This document shows positions 41,093 to 50,037 of a stretch of 64,000 nucleotides of DNA, in pieces (the stretch's first letter is position 1; each line of letters opens with the position of its first letter). A program made the translations under genes and the position numbers. Location: positions 704,001 to 768,000 of the forward strand of contig OY970218.1 of assembly GCA_963713975.1 (NCBI GenBank). Reading direction: 5' to 3'. The DNA comes from an uncultured Chloroflexia bacterium. GTDB lineage: Bacteria > Chloroflexota > Limnocylindria > Limnocylindrales > CSP1-4. The notes below the pieces were generated by a model. The model saw nothing but the letters and a program-made list of their open reading frames with translations. It did not search any database and had not been told where the DNA came from.

Positions 41093-42675
41093 CGTGAGAC
41101 CAGGCGGGCCGATGCCCGGTGAATGGCCGCAAGGAGCGCGGCGCCACCGCCGGACGGCGTCAGGAGGTTCGGCTGTGCGGAGCCCACCTCGAGCGTCGGG
41201 TACAGCGTGACCTGGGCCACCCGGGTGCCACTGAACGTGAGCTCGACGAGGATGCCCTGCTGCGTCCGCGCGTCGTGCACGAGGCCGAACACGAGGTCGC
41301 CCATGGAGTAGACGACGGGCCGGTTGCCGAACAGCCGGATGGGACCGGCCCAGTGGGAGTGCCCGCCAAGAACCGCGTCAGCGCCCGCCTTCAGGATCGC
41401 CGGAGCGAGCTTCGCCTGCTGGGCGTTCAGCCGGTCCGTGTACTCCGTACCCCAGTGGGGCACGACGATCACCACGTCGGCACCGGCCCGACGCGCCTTC
41501 CCGATGTCCGCACGCACGGCCGACAGCGTGAGGCCGGCCGCACCGGCCGAAGTGGCGGTGGCCTGGGGCGCCCCACCGATCCCGTTGTAGGCCAGGATGG
41601 CGATCCGGAAGCCGGACGCGGTCAGCCAGGCCGGCCGGCGGGACTGGGTCCTGGTTCGTCCTGCGCCGGCGTGACGGATCCCGAGCGCGTCCAGGTTTCG
41701 GATCGTGTCCCGGATCCCACTCGCGCCCCAGTTGCGGATGTGGTTGTTGGCAACCGAGACGACATCGATCCCGGCGTTGCGGAGGCCCTTGAGGAGGCGT
41801 GGGTCCATCGAGAAGGTGAACCCGGTGGGGTGGTAGCGGAAGTTGTCCGGCGCGGGACCCTCGAGGTTGACCAGCGCCACGTCGGCGCGGCGGAGGAGCG
41901 TCCTGACAGCGCCATTCCTGCTGATCCGGGCGCCCCGCACGATCCGGAAGCCCGGATAGCCGCAGCAGTAGCGGTCCGCGATCCTGGCCGTGCCACCGTT
42001 CCATGGATAGTCGGCACCCAGGCCGTCGATCACCGTGCGCCGGTAGACGGTGCGGTCCAGCATCACGTCGCCGCCCGCAACGAGGGTCCATGCCTCGGAC
42101 GACCGGTACGTGGACGGCGCGGATCCCTCCGGTTCCGCGACCAGCAGCGGCCAGTTGGCGAGGTCGCGGACCCTCGACCCGCCGAACAGGCTGGCGCCGT
42201 CGACACCGAGCGCGCGGACCGAGGACGTGACGTCCTCCGCGCGAAGGAACCCCAGTGCACTGGGCGATGACGCCAGCGTCGCCCGGATCGCGGCCGGCGT
42301 GGCGGTGTGGACATTCGGCCCGGGGCGCACGTTCAGCAAGGCGGCGAGCGCCGGCAGGTCTGCCGCCGGGACCAGGACCCGGCGTGGGTCCTTGCCCTTG
42401 CCGGCGACGGCGGCGACCAGGGCACTCCGTCCGATGGATCGCTCGGTCGACCAGAACCCTGTCACGGGCACCATCGGAACCAGCACCGGCGACACCGCGA
42501 CAGCGGGCACGACACCCGGGACCGCCGCGGGCAGCCCGGCCGACAGCACACGGGCCGGGCCGGCCGGGCGCGCAGGAGCCTCCGCATGGGTGCTGGCCGC
42601 GCAGCCGGCGAGCGTCGCGGCAAGCAGTAGCGCCGCGACCATCCTCGGCGCGGACCGGCTCTTCTGGCTGCTCAC
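41089..42675 (-). CDS. CapA/PgsA-family metallophosphatase-fold lipoprotein
   Basis: Lipobox LAGC, GGDVML, VNLEG, VANNH, PHWGTEY, GGHSHW and YSMGD. Confidence 0.88.
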   Translation of the reverse strand: MSSQKSRSAPRMVAALLLAATLAGCAASTHAEAPARPAGPARVLSAGLPAAVPGVVPAVAVSPVLVPMVPVTGFWSTERSIGRSALVAAVAGKGKDPRRVLVPAADLPALAALLNVRPGPNVHTATPAAIRATLASSPSALGFLRAEDVTSSVRALGVDGASLFGGSRVRDLANWPLLVAEPEGSAPSTYRSSEAWTLVAGGDVMLDRTVYRRTVIDGLGADYPWNGGTARIADRYCCGYPGFRIVRGARISRNGAVRTLLRRADVALVNLEGPAPDNFRYHPTGFTFSMDPRLLKGLRNAGIDVVSVANNHIRNWGASGIRDTIRNLDALGIRHAGAGRTRTQSRRPAWLTASGFRIAILAYNGIGGAPQATATSAGAAGLTLSAVRADIGKARRAGADVVIVVPHWGTEYTDRLNAQQAKLAPAILKAGADAVLGGHSHWAGPIRLFGNRPVVYSMGDLVFGLVHDARTQQGILVELTFSGTRVAQVTLYPTLEVGSAQPNLLTPSGGGAALLAAIHRASARLVSR

Positions 42676-43826
42676 TGGCCGGCGATCTCCCGCATGGCGA
42701 TCACGGCGCGATCGATGTCGTCGCCCGTGGTGAACATACCGAGGCTGAAGCGCACCGCCCCCCGGTCAATGGTCCCGAGGTCCCGATGGACGAGCGGCGC
42801 GCAGTGCACGCCAACCCGCACGGCGATGCCGTAGTCGCCGTCGAGGATCGAACCCACGTCCTGCGGGTGGATGCCGTCCACGTTGGCGGTCAGGACCGCG
42901 ACGTGATCGGCGAGGTCGTCCGCCGCATAGAGGGTCACGCCGGCGATCGCCGCGAGGCCGTCCCGCAGGCTGGTCAGCAGGCTGGTCTCCCGGGCATGGA
43001 TGACGTCGAGGCCCTCGCCCTCCACGAACCCCAGGCCCGCAAGGAGGCCGATCACCCCCAGCAGGTTGAGGGTGCCCGCCTCGAGCCGGAGCGGGTATGT
43101 GCGGCTGTGGTCGAGGCTGGCGGAATCCATGCCCGTGCCGCCGAAGCGGGTCGTACCGACATCCAGGTCGGGCCGCAGGACCAGCCCGCCGATCCCGGTG
43201 GGCCCGTAGAGCGACTTGTGCCCGGTGAAGACGACGCCGGCGACGCCGAGCGCCGCCATGTCGACCGGGACCTGCCCCGCGGACTGGGCGGCATCGATGA
43301 CGACGGGGACGTCACGCTCGGCACACAGGCGGGCGATCTCGCCAACCGGCTGGACGGTGCCAAGGACGTTCGAGGCGTGGGTCATCACGACCAGGCGCGT
43401 CCGTGGTCCCAGCAGCCCGGCGACGGCGTCCGGGTCCACGATCCCCTGCCCGTCGAACGGAGCCGCGTCCCACGTGATCACGCCCGTCTCCGCCAGGTGA
43501 TGGAGCGGACGCAGCACGGAGTTGTGGTCGAGCCGCGTGGTGATGACGTGGTCGCCGGGACGGACCAGACCGCCGATCACGGTGTTCAGCGCGTCGGTGG
43601 CGTTGGCGCCGAAGACCACGCGGTCGGGATCGGGAGCGTCGAAGAAACGGGCGACCCGGGCCCGGGCCTCGTCCACCAGCTCGCCCGCCTGCGCCGCCAG
43701 GTCGTGGTTGCCCCGCCCGGGCGAGGCACCCAGGCGCCGGTACGTCGCGACCATCGCCTCCAGGGTCCCGGGCGCCTTGGGAAACGTGGTCGCGGCGTTG
43801 TCGAGATAGACGAGGTGATCGGTCAC
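42672..43826 (-). CDS. Class V PLP enzyme, cysteine desulfurase/selenocysteine lyase family
   Basis: YLDNAATT, HASNVLG, DAAQ, TGHK (PLP Lys), EAGT and catalytic-Cys motif RVGVHCA. Confidence 0.9.
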   Translation of the reverse strand: MTDHLVYLDNAATTFPKAPGTLEAMVATYRRLGASPGRGNHDLAAQAGELVDEARARVARFFDAPDPDRVVFGANATDALNTVIGGLVRPGDHVITTRLDHNSVLRPLHHLAETGVITWDAAPFDGQGIVDPDAVAGLLGPRTRLVVMTHASNVLGTVQPVGEIARLCAERDVPVVIDAAQSAGQVPVDMAALGVAGVVFTGHKSLYGPTGIGGLVLRPDLDVGTTRFGGTGMDSASLDHSRTYPLRLEAGTLNLLGVIGLLAGLGFVEGEGLDVIHARETSLLTSLRDGLAAIAGVTLYAADDLADHVAVLTANVDGIHPQDVGSILDGDYGIAVRVGVHCAPLVHRDLGTIDRGAVRFSLGMFTTGDDIDRAVIAMREIAGQ

Positions 43827-43838
43827 GGCTCGGGTCCG

Positions 43839-44180
43839 TCAGTCCAGACACGTCTTGGGATTGGGCAGCCCGGCGAGGCGCCGCGCCCCCATCTTGATGC
43901 CATCCGGGAACAGGTGCTCGAGCCTGAGCAACGGCAGGTCCGTCCCGGCCTTGAGGTCGCGGTTCATCGGCGCGCGTCCGTTGTCCAGGTAGTAGCGGCG
44001 CATGAAGTGGAGGACGTGCCAGTGCACGTCGTCGAGGCGCTCCATGCCGCTCTCACGGGCGAGCTCCTCGGCGGCCACCTCGGACCAGTCGTCTGCATCC
44101 CAGAAGAACCCCTCGTCATCGAACCAGACGTCGCGGCCCGCGACCGCGCGCTGGACGCGCGACCGTGCCGGTTCCGCCAC
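43839..44180 (-). CDS. TusE/DsrC-family sulfur relay protein
   Basis: DDEGF...WSE.AA.ELA, HW.V..FMR.YY, LFP.G and LAGLPNPKTC (single C-terminal Cys). Confidence 0.88.
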   Translation of the reverse strand: MAEPARSRVQRAVAGRDVWFDDEGFFWDADDWSEVAAEELARESGMERLDDVHWHVLHFMRRYYLDNGRAPMNRDLKAGTDLPLLRLEHLFPDGIKMGARRLAGLPNPKTCLD

Positions 44181-44190
44181 TGCCCCGGGC

Positions 44191-46884
44191 TCAGGTCGCG
44201 GCAGCGACCGGCTCCGGGGCCGGCACCGCAGCAGCCAGGGCCGTCTTCACCCGCTCCGGCGTGGCCGGCAGCTCGTAGACCATGGCGCCGCAGGCGTCGC
44301 GGATCGCGTTCACGATCGCGGGGGCGGTGGACACCATCGCCATCTCGCCGATGCCGACGGAGCCGAGCGTGCCCAGCTCACGGGGCGTCTCGACGAGGAT
44401 GGTCTCCATGTCCATGGCGTACCGGATGTTGGGGAACTTGAAGGTGATCCAGTCCCTCGACTTGCCGGCCACGTACTCCTCGCGGAGCGCGAACCCGGCA
44501 CCCATGTCCATGCCGCCGTGGAGCTGGCCCTCGACGTTGGCGGGGTGGATCACGACGCCCGGATCGGCGGCCGCCGTGAGCTTGACCACCTTGACCTCGC
44601 CCGTGTCGGTGTTCACCTCGACCTCGGCCATCTGGACCGAGAAGACCTGGACCTCGAACGACGGCCCGAGACCGGTCTCGGGGTCGAGCGGCGCCGTCTC
44701 GAGCGTGGTGCGCTTGCCCGCGTACCGGACGGGCCTGCCGGCGGCCGTGATGGCCTCGTAGGTCCGGGCGCCCACCTCGTCCATCGTCTCGCGTAGCTGC
44801 CGCGCGGCGTCAACCGCGGCCCCGCCGAGCATGTAGGTGGCGCGGCTTCCCGATACCGGGCCCGACGCCGCCGTGTCCGCGGTGCTGCGGGTGCGGAGAC
44901 GCACCCTCGCCGGCGGCAGGTCGAGGACCGATGCCACCAGCTGGCTGATCATGGAGTCGTTGCCCTCGCCCGGGTCGCCGGCGGCGATGTAGACCGTCAC
45001 CCCGTCGTCGGGATCGAGCTCCACGAACCCCATGGACTTGTCGCCCGGCATGGCGATCCCGAACGACGCCGCACCGAGGCCCACGCCCCGGCGGACCGGG
45101 CCGCCGGCGGGCTGGCGCGCCTTGTCGGCGAGCGCGGCCTCATAGCGACCTTCGATCGCGTCGCACAACCCCGGGAACGGCCACTCGGTCACGACGTGCC
45201 CGGTCGCCATCGCCTCGCCCGGCTGGAGCGAGTTGCGGCGCCGGAACTCGAGCGGGTCGATGCCAATCTTCTCGGCCAGCAGGTCCACGGCGCACTCGAG
45301 CGCGTAGTGCGTCTGGGGCGGCCCGGCCCCGCGGGCGGCGCTGCCCCACGGATTGTTGGTGTAGACCAGCCGTGACGTCACGGCCAGGTTCGGGACCAGG
45401 TACGAGCTGGTCAGCATGTGCAGCGCCCGGTTGACGATCACGCGGCCCAGCGACATGTAGGCGCCGTTGTCCACGGTGATGTCCATGGCCATCGCGGTAA
45501 GGCGGCCGTCCGCGTCCGCGGCAAGCCGCGTCTCGACCTCCATGGGATGCCGCTTGGACGACGCGAGCATGGACTCGGCCAGGCTGGGCACATAGCGCAC
45601 CGGACGCCCGAAGTGGAGCGCCGCGGCGCCCGCGATGCCCTCCGTGATGATCTCGACCTTGATTCCGAACTGGCCGCCCGAGAACGGCTCCTCGTAGCGG
45701 ATGGCCTCCCAGCCGAGGGCCTCCTGGAGCGTCGCCATGTGGAGGTGGATGTTGATGCTGCGGCCGACGACGACCAGCTCGGCATCCTCACCCTCCCCCT
45801 CGAGCCAGGCCAGGCTGACCTCGGGCTCCATGGGCGCCTGGTGCACGATCTGGGTCTTGAACCTGGCCGTGACCTCGACGGCCGACGTCGCGAACGCGGC
45901 AGCCGCATCGCCCTTGATGATCGGCTGGCTGTAGCACAGGTTGGGGCTGTCCTCGTGCACCCTCGGGGCGTCATCGGCGAGGGCCGCCGATGGCGAAACG
46001 AGGACCGCGATCGGCTCGTAGTCCACGATCACGGCTTCGGCCGCAGCCAGCGCCTGCGCCCCGGTCTCGGCAGCGACGATCGCGACCGCGTCGCCCAGCG
46101 TTCGCACCTTCGTGTCGCACAGGATGGGTCGGTCCGCGGCCTGGTACTTGAGCCGGTTCGTGCCCTTGATGTCCCTGGCCGTCAGGACGCCCGCGACGCC
46201 GGGCATGGCCGCCGCGGCGGACGTGTCGATGCCGCGGATCCAGGCGTGCGCATGCGGACTGCGGACGGCCGCGATCTCGAGTGCCCCGGGCATCCGGATG
46301 TCCGCGCCAAAGCGGGCCGTGCCGGTGGCCTTGGCCATGGCCGACGGTCGGGGGAACGAGGTCCCGATCGCGGGCGCATCGGCCGGTGGCACGAGGTCCG
46401 CGGGCGTCACCTCACCGCGCAGGAAGCGTCCGGCCAGCTGGACGGCGTCGATGATCTTGACGTAGCCGGTGCAGCGGCAGAGGTTGCGGCGCAGCGCACG
46501 CTTGACTTCGTCCCGCGTGGGGTTGGGGTTGCCCGCCAGCAGCTCCTCCGCCGTCACGATCATGCCCGGGATGCAGAAGCCACACTGGACGGCGCCGGCC
46601 AGGACGAAGGCCTGCTGCACGAGGTTGGGCCGATCCGGCGTGCCCAGGCCCTCGATCGTGACGACCTCGGCGCCGTCGAGCGGCGCGACCTTGGTGATGC
46701 ACGACAGGACGGCCTTGCCGTTCACCAGCACCATGCAGGTCCCGCACTGGCCCTTGCGGTCACAGGACTGCTTGGTCCCGGTCAGGCCGAGGTCGTCACG
46801 GACGACGTCGAGCAGGATGGTCTCCCGCTCGTCGGCCACGATCTCGACGGGCCGTGCGTTGACGGTGAGGCTGACCTTCTTCAC
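44191..46884 (-). CDS. Mop-like single-chain aldehyde oxidoreductase (2x[2Fe-2S] + Mo-MCD domains, no FAD domain)
   Basis: SCDRKGQCGTC, QCGFC, CRCTGY, GGQFGIK, WGSAARG and GIGEM (catalytic Glu). Start GTG 46884 after GGAGG gives ~897 aa. Confidence 0.88.
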   Translation of the reverse strand: MKKVSLTVNARPVEIVADERETILLDVVRDDLGLTGTKQSCDRKGQCGTCMVLVNGKAVLSCITKVAPLDGAEVVTIEGLGTPDRPNLVQQAFVLAGAVQCGFCIPGMIVTAEELLAGNPNPTRDEVKRALRRNLCRCTGYVKIIDAVQLAGRFLRGEVTPADLVPPADAPAIGTSFPRPSAMAKATGTARFGADIRMPGALEIAAVRSPHAHAWIRGIDTSAAAAMPGVAGVLTARDIKGTNRLKYQAADRPILCDTKVRTLGDAVAIVAAETGAQALAAAEAVIVDYEPIAVLVSPSAALADDAPRVHEDSPNLCYSQPIIKGDAAAAFATSAVEVTARFKTQIVHQAPMEPEVSLAWLEGEGEDAELVVVGRSINIHLHMATLQEALGWEAIRYEEPFSGGQFGIKVEIITEGIAGAAALHFGRPVRYVPSLAESMLASSKRHPMEVETRLAADADGRLTAMAMDITVDNGAYMSLGRVIVNRALHMLTSSYLVPNLAVTSRLVYTNNPWGSAARGAGPPQTHYALECAVDLLAEKIGIDPLEFRRRNSLQPGEAMATGHVVTEWPFPGLCDAIEGRYEAALADKARQPAGGPVRRGVGLGAASFGIAMPGDKSMGFVELDPDDGVTVYIAAGDPGEGNDSMISQLVASVLDLPPARVRLRTRSTADTAASGPVSGSRATYMLGGAAVDAARQLRETMDEVGARTYEAITAAGRPVRYAGKRTTLETAPLDPETGLGPSFEVQVFSVQMAEVEVNTDTGEVKVVKLTAAADPGVVIHPANVEGQLHGGMDMGAGFALREEYVAGKSRDWITFKFPNIRYAMDMETILVETPRELGTLGSVGIGEMAMVSTAPAIVNAIRDACGAMVYELPATPERVKTALAAAVPAPEPVAAAT

Positions 46885-47101
46885 GAGACGCTGGTCCCTC
46901 CGGGCTCCAGGCTCACCGGGCACCATGCGCCGGTGGCGGCGGGCGAGTCCCTCCGCTGATGACAGGAGCCGATCGTAGTCGGGGCCGGTGCCGCTCACGA
47001 TGAGCCGGACGGCCCGTCGTCGTGGCCCACCCGGGCCACCGGAGCGAGCCGGCCCACGGTGCGTCATCGACGCGTCACGCACGGGCGCGATGCTGCCGGA
47101 C

Positions 47102-48433
47102 ATGCTCCTCACCCTGGCATTCGCGGCGCTCGCGGGGCTGCTCACGATCCTGAGCCCTTGCGTGCTGCCCGTCATCCCGCTCATCGTGGGCGCCGCGGCC
47201 GGGCGCGATGGGCGCGACGACGCATCGTCCGGCATGCGCCGCGTCGCAGGGATCGCCCTTGGCTTCGGGGCGGCGTTCATCGTCGGAACCATCCTGCTCG
47301 CCTCCACGCTCGCGGCCGCCGGCGTGACGACGAGCCAGCTGCGCACGGCAAGCGCGCTCCTGCTGGTGGCCTTCGGGGCGACGCTCGCCTTCCCGGCCCT
47401 TGGTCGCCTCGTCGAACGGTGGGCGAGCCGGGCGACCTCGAAGCGGGCGACGGGGCTCGCCCCCGCCTCGAGCGGGTTCGCCGGCGGTGTCGCCCTCGGC
47501 GCGGCCATCGGGCTCATCTGGTCCCCGTGCGTCGGGCCGATCATGGCGAGCGTCATCGCGACGGCGGTCTCCGCCGGACCCACGGCAGACGCCATCCTGG
47601 TCTCGCTGGCCTACGTGATCGGCGTGACCGTGCCGCTGGCCGCGATCGCGCTCGGCGGCCGGGGCGCGGTACGGCGGCTCGGGAGTGCGGAGCGCCGCTC
47701 CACGCTGGTTCGGGTGTTCGGCGGCCTGACCATGGCCGGCGGCCTGCTCGTAATCACCGGTCTGGACATCCCGCTGCAGACCCGGGTGGCGGCCATGCTG
47801 CCCGACGACTGGACCCGCGCGGTCGCGGCCGTGGGTGAGGGACCGGTGGCGGGTGGTGCGGAGGCACTGCCCGGCGGGGCTTCGGCGGACGGCGGGTCAG
47901 CCGATCCGGCCCGCGAGCCACTGCTGAACGTCGACGGGCGCCCGCTGCCCGCCCCCGTCGCCGACGCGCTGCCGGCCGCGGTCCCGCTCGAGGACCTGGG
48001 ACCGGCTCCGGAGCTGACGGGGATCTCGGACTGGATCAACTCGGATCCGCTGACGCTCAAATCCCTGCGCGGCAAGGTGGTCCTCGTGCACTTCTGGACC
48101 TTCGGCTGCATTAACTGCGTCCACGTCCAGCCGTACGTGAAGGCCTGGTACGACCGATATGCCGACGCCGGCCTCGTCGTGCTCGCCGTCCACACGCCGG
48201 AGCTGTCCTACGAGCGGGACGTGGCGAACGTCCGCGACGCGGTGGCCCGCGAGGACGTCAGGTATCCGGTGCCGATCGACCCCGGCTTCGCCACGTGGAA
48301 GGCGTACGGGAACCGCTACTGGCCCGCCTTCTACTTCGTGGACCGCGAGGGACGGATCCGCCACGTGGCGGCGGGCGAGGGCCGCTACGACACCAGCGAG
48401 CAGGTGATCCGGGAGCTGCTGGCGGGCTTCTGA
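47102..48433 (+). CDS. DipZ-like CcdA-thioredoxin fusion
   Basis: CcdA Cys motifs SPCVLP and WSPCVGP, and redoxin domain FWTFGCINC...HTPE...NRYWPA. Confidence 0.88.
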   Translation: MLLTLAFAALAGLLTILSPCVLPVIPLIVGAAAGRDGRDDASSGMRRVAGIALGFGAAFIVGTILLASTLAAAGVTTSQLRTASALLLVAFGATLAFPALGRLVERWASRATSKRATGLAPASSGFAGGVALGAAIGLIWSPCVGPIMASVIATAVSAGPTADAILVSLAYVIGVTVPLAAIALGGRGAVRRLGSAERRSTLVRVFGGLTMAGGLLVITGLDIPLQTRVAAMLPDDWTRAVAAVGEGPVAGGAEALPGGASADGGSADPAREPLLNVDGRPLPAPVADALPAAVPLEDLGPAPELTGISDWINSDPLTLKSLRGKVVLVHFWTFGCINCVHVQPYVKAWYDRYADAGLVVLAVHTPELSYERDVANVRDAVAREDVRYPVPIDPGFATWKAYGNRYWPAFYFVDREGRIRHVAAGEGRYDTSEQVIRELLAGF

Positions 48434-48453
48434 TCCACGACCGCCGGGCGTGA

Positions 48454-50037
48454 TCAGAGCTGCTTGTAGCGCGGCCCCTCGCCGCCCTCGGGCGGCACCC
48501 ACTTGATCGCGTCGGCCGGGCACTTCACCGTGCACGACATGCAGTGGAGGCAGTTCGACGGCGAGAGCACGATCTCAGACCCGCTCCAGCGGTAGACCTG
48601 GCCGGGGCAGAAGTGCGTGCACGCGTTCGCGTAGTCCGCCTCGCAGCTGACGCATTGCTGCGCATCCGTGATGGTGATGTGCGGCGGCTCGTCCTCACGG
48701 TGGATGGTCCCCGTCAGCGCGACGAACGTCGCCCCGTCCATGCGTCCCGGGTCGGGCCGGTTCAGCCGGGCACCCTTCCTCGTCGCCGCTCCGTCGCGGT
48801 GGATCCCCAGCCGGGCCGGGATCTTCGACTGGATGAGCGAGAGCGGCGTGCCCACGAACAGGCCGTACTTGAAGACCTGGCGGTAGTTGCGGGCGTGCTT
48901 GAACTCGGCCAGCATGCCGCTCGCCTCGAGCCGGGCGCGGTAGCCGTCCAGCGGGCCGACGGTCCCATCCGGGCCGAGCGCCTCGAGCGCGGTGTCCGCG
49001 GCCGCCATCCCGGAGCGGATCGCGTAGTGGATCCCCTTGATCTTCTCCATGTTGACGAAGCCGGCGCCGTCGCCGGTGACCATCGCGCCGGGGGCGGACA
49101 GGGCGCCCATCGCTTCGACCCCGCCCTCCGGGATCGTCTTGGCACCTGTGGCCACCGTCACGCCGCCCTCGAGCAGCCGGCTGATGAACGGGTGCGCCCG
49201 GAAGGTCTCGAACTCGCGCTGCGGGTTGAGGTCGCCGTACTTCCAGTCGAGGCCCAGGATCAGGCCGACGGCGACGGTCTTCTCGCCCATCGCATACAGG
49301 AAGCCACCGCCGAAGACGCTGGGCGGGTTCGGGTAGCCAAGCGTGTGCATGACCCGGTTGGTGCCGAACGGGCTTGCCTCCGGGAACTGGACGATGGCCT
49401 TCATGCCCAGCGAGTAGACCTGCGGGTTCGCCCCGCCGCCGAAGGCCTGGGTGAACTCGGTCGAGAGCACACCGTGCGTGCCGTCCGCGAGGATCGTGAT
49501 CGGGGCGCGGATCTCCTCGGCCGGAAGGTGATTGCCCTTGGGCGTGCCGTCCTGGGCGAGCCCGACGTCTGCGAGCCGGACGCCACGGACGACGCCGTCC
49601 TCGATGATCAGCGTGCGCGCCGTGTAGCCGTGATAGACCTCGACGCCGGCCGCCTCCGCCTGCTCCGCGAGGAACTGGGCCAGCCGCGATACGGAGATGA
49701 TGTAGTCGCCGGCGTGGTGCATGCGCGGCGGCACGACCCGGGCCGGGATGCGGTTGGCGGCCTTCGCCCGCAGGAAGTACATGTCGTCGCGTTCGACCGG
49801 GACCAGGCCGGCCGTGAACGGATGGCGGATGTCCTTCCAGCCGGGCAGCAGGTCGTCCAGGCAGGCGGCCTCGAACGCCGCGCCGGACAGCGTGTGGTTG
49901 CCGGCTGCGGGAGCCTTGTCGATCACCGCGACCGCCAGCTCCCGGCCGGCGGCGGCCGCCTGCTGCCGGGTGCGGATCGCAGCTGCCAGGCCGGCCGGGC
50001 CGGCGCCGACGACGAGGACGTCGATGCCATCCATCAC
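48454..50037 (-). CDS. ETF:quinone oxidoreductase (FixC/ETF-QO) with fused ferredoxin (FixX-like) domain
   Basis: GAGPAG, HTLSGA, KTIPEGG, GDGAGFVN..KIKGIH, and C-terminal CVSC...CTHFCP...CLHCMSCTVKCP. Confidence 0.88.
   Translation of the reverse strand: MMDGIDVLVVGAGPAGLAAAIRTRQQAAAAGRELAVAVIDKAPAAGNHTLSGAAFEAACLDDLLPGWKDIRHPFTAGLVPVERDDMYFLRAKAANRIPARVVPPRMHHAGDYIISVSRLAQFLAEQAEAAGVEVYHGYTARTLIIEDGVVRGVRLADVGLAQDGTPKGNHLPAEEIRAPITILADGTHGVLSTEFTQAFGGGANPQVYSLGMKAIVQFPEASPFGTNRVMHTLGYPNPPSVFGGGFLYAMGEKTVAVGLILGLDWKYGDLNPQREFETFRAHPFISRLLEGGVTVATGAKTIPEGGVEAMGALSAPGAMVTGDGAGFVNMEKIKGIHYAIRSGMAAADTALEALGPDGTVGPLDGYRARLEASGMLAEFKHARNYRQVFKYGLFVGTPLSLIQSKIPARLGIHRDGAATRKGARLNRPDPGRMDGATFVALTGTIHREDEPPHITITDAQQCVSCEADYANACTHFCPGQVYRWSGSEIVLSPSNCLHCMSCTVKCPADAIKWVPPEGGEGPRYKQL

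Noticed and set aside
46885-47595. 237-aa N-terminal extension of the aldehyde oxidoreductase in the ORF track
   Set aside because: Mostly antisense to the dipZ-like gene. The SD and homology begin at GTG 46884.
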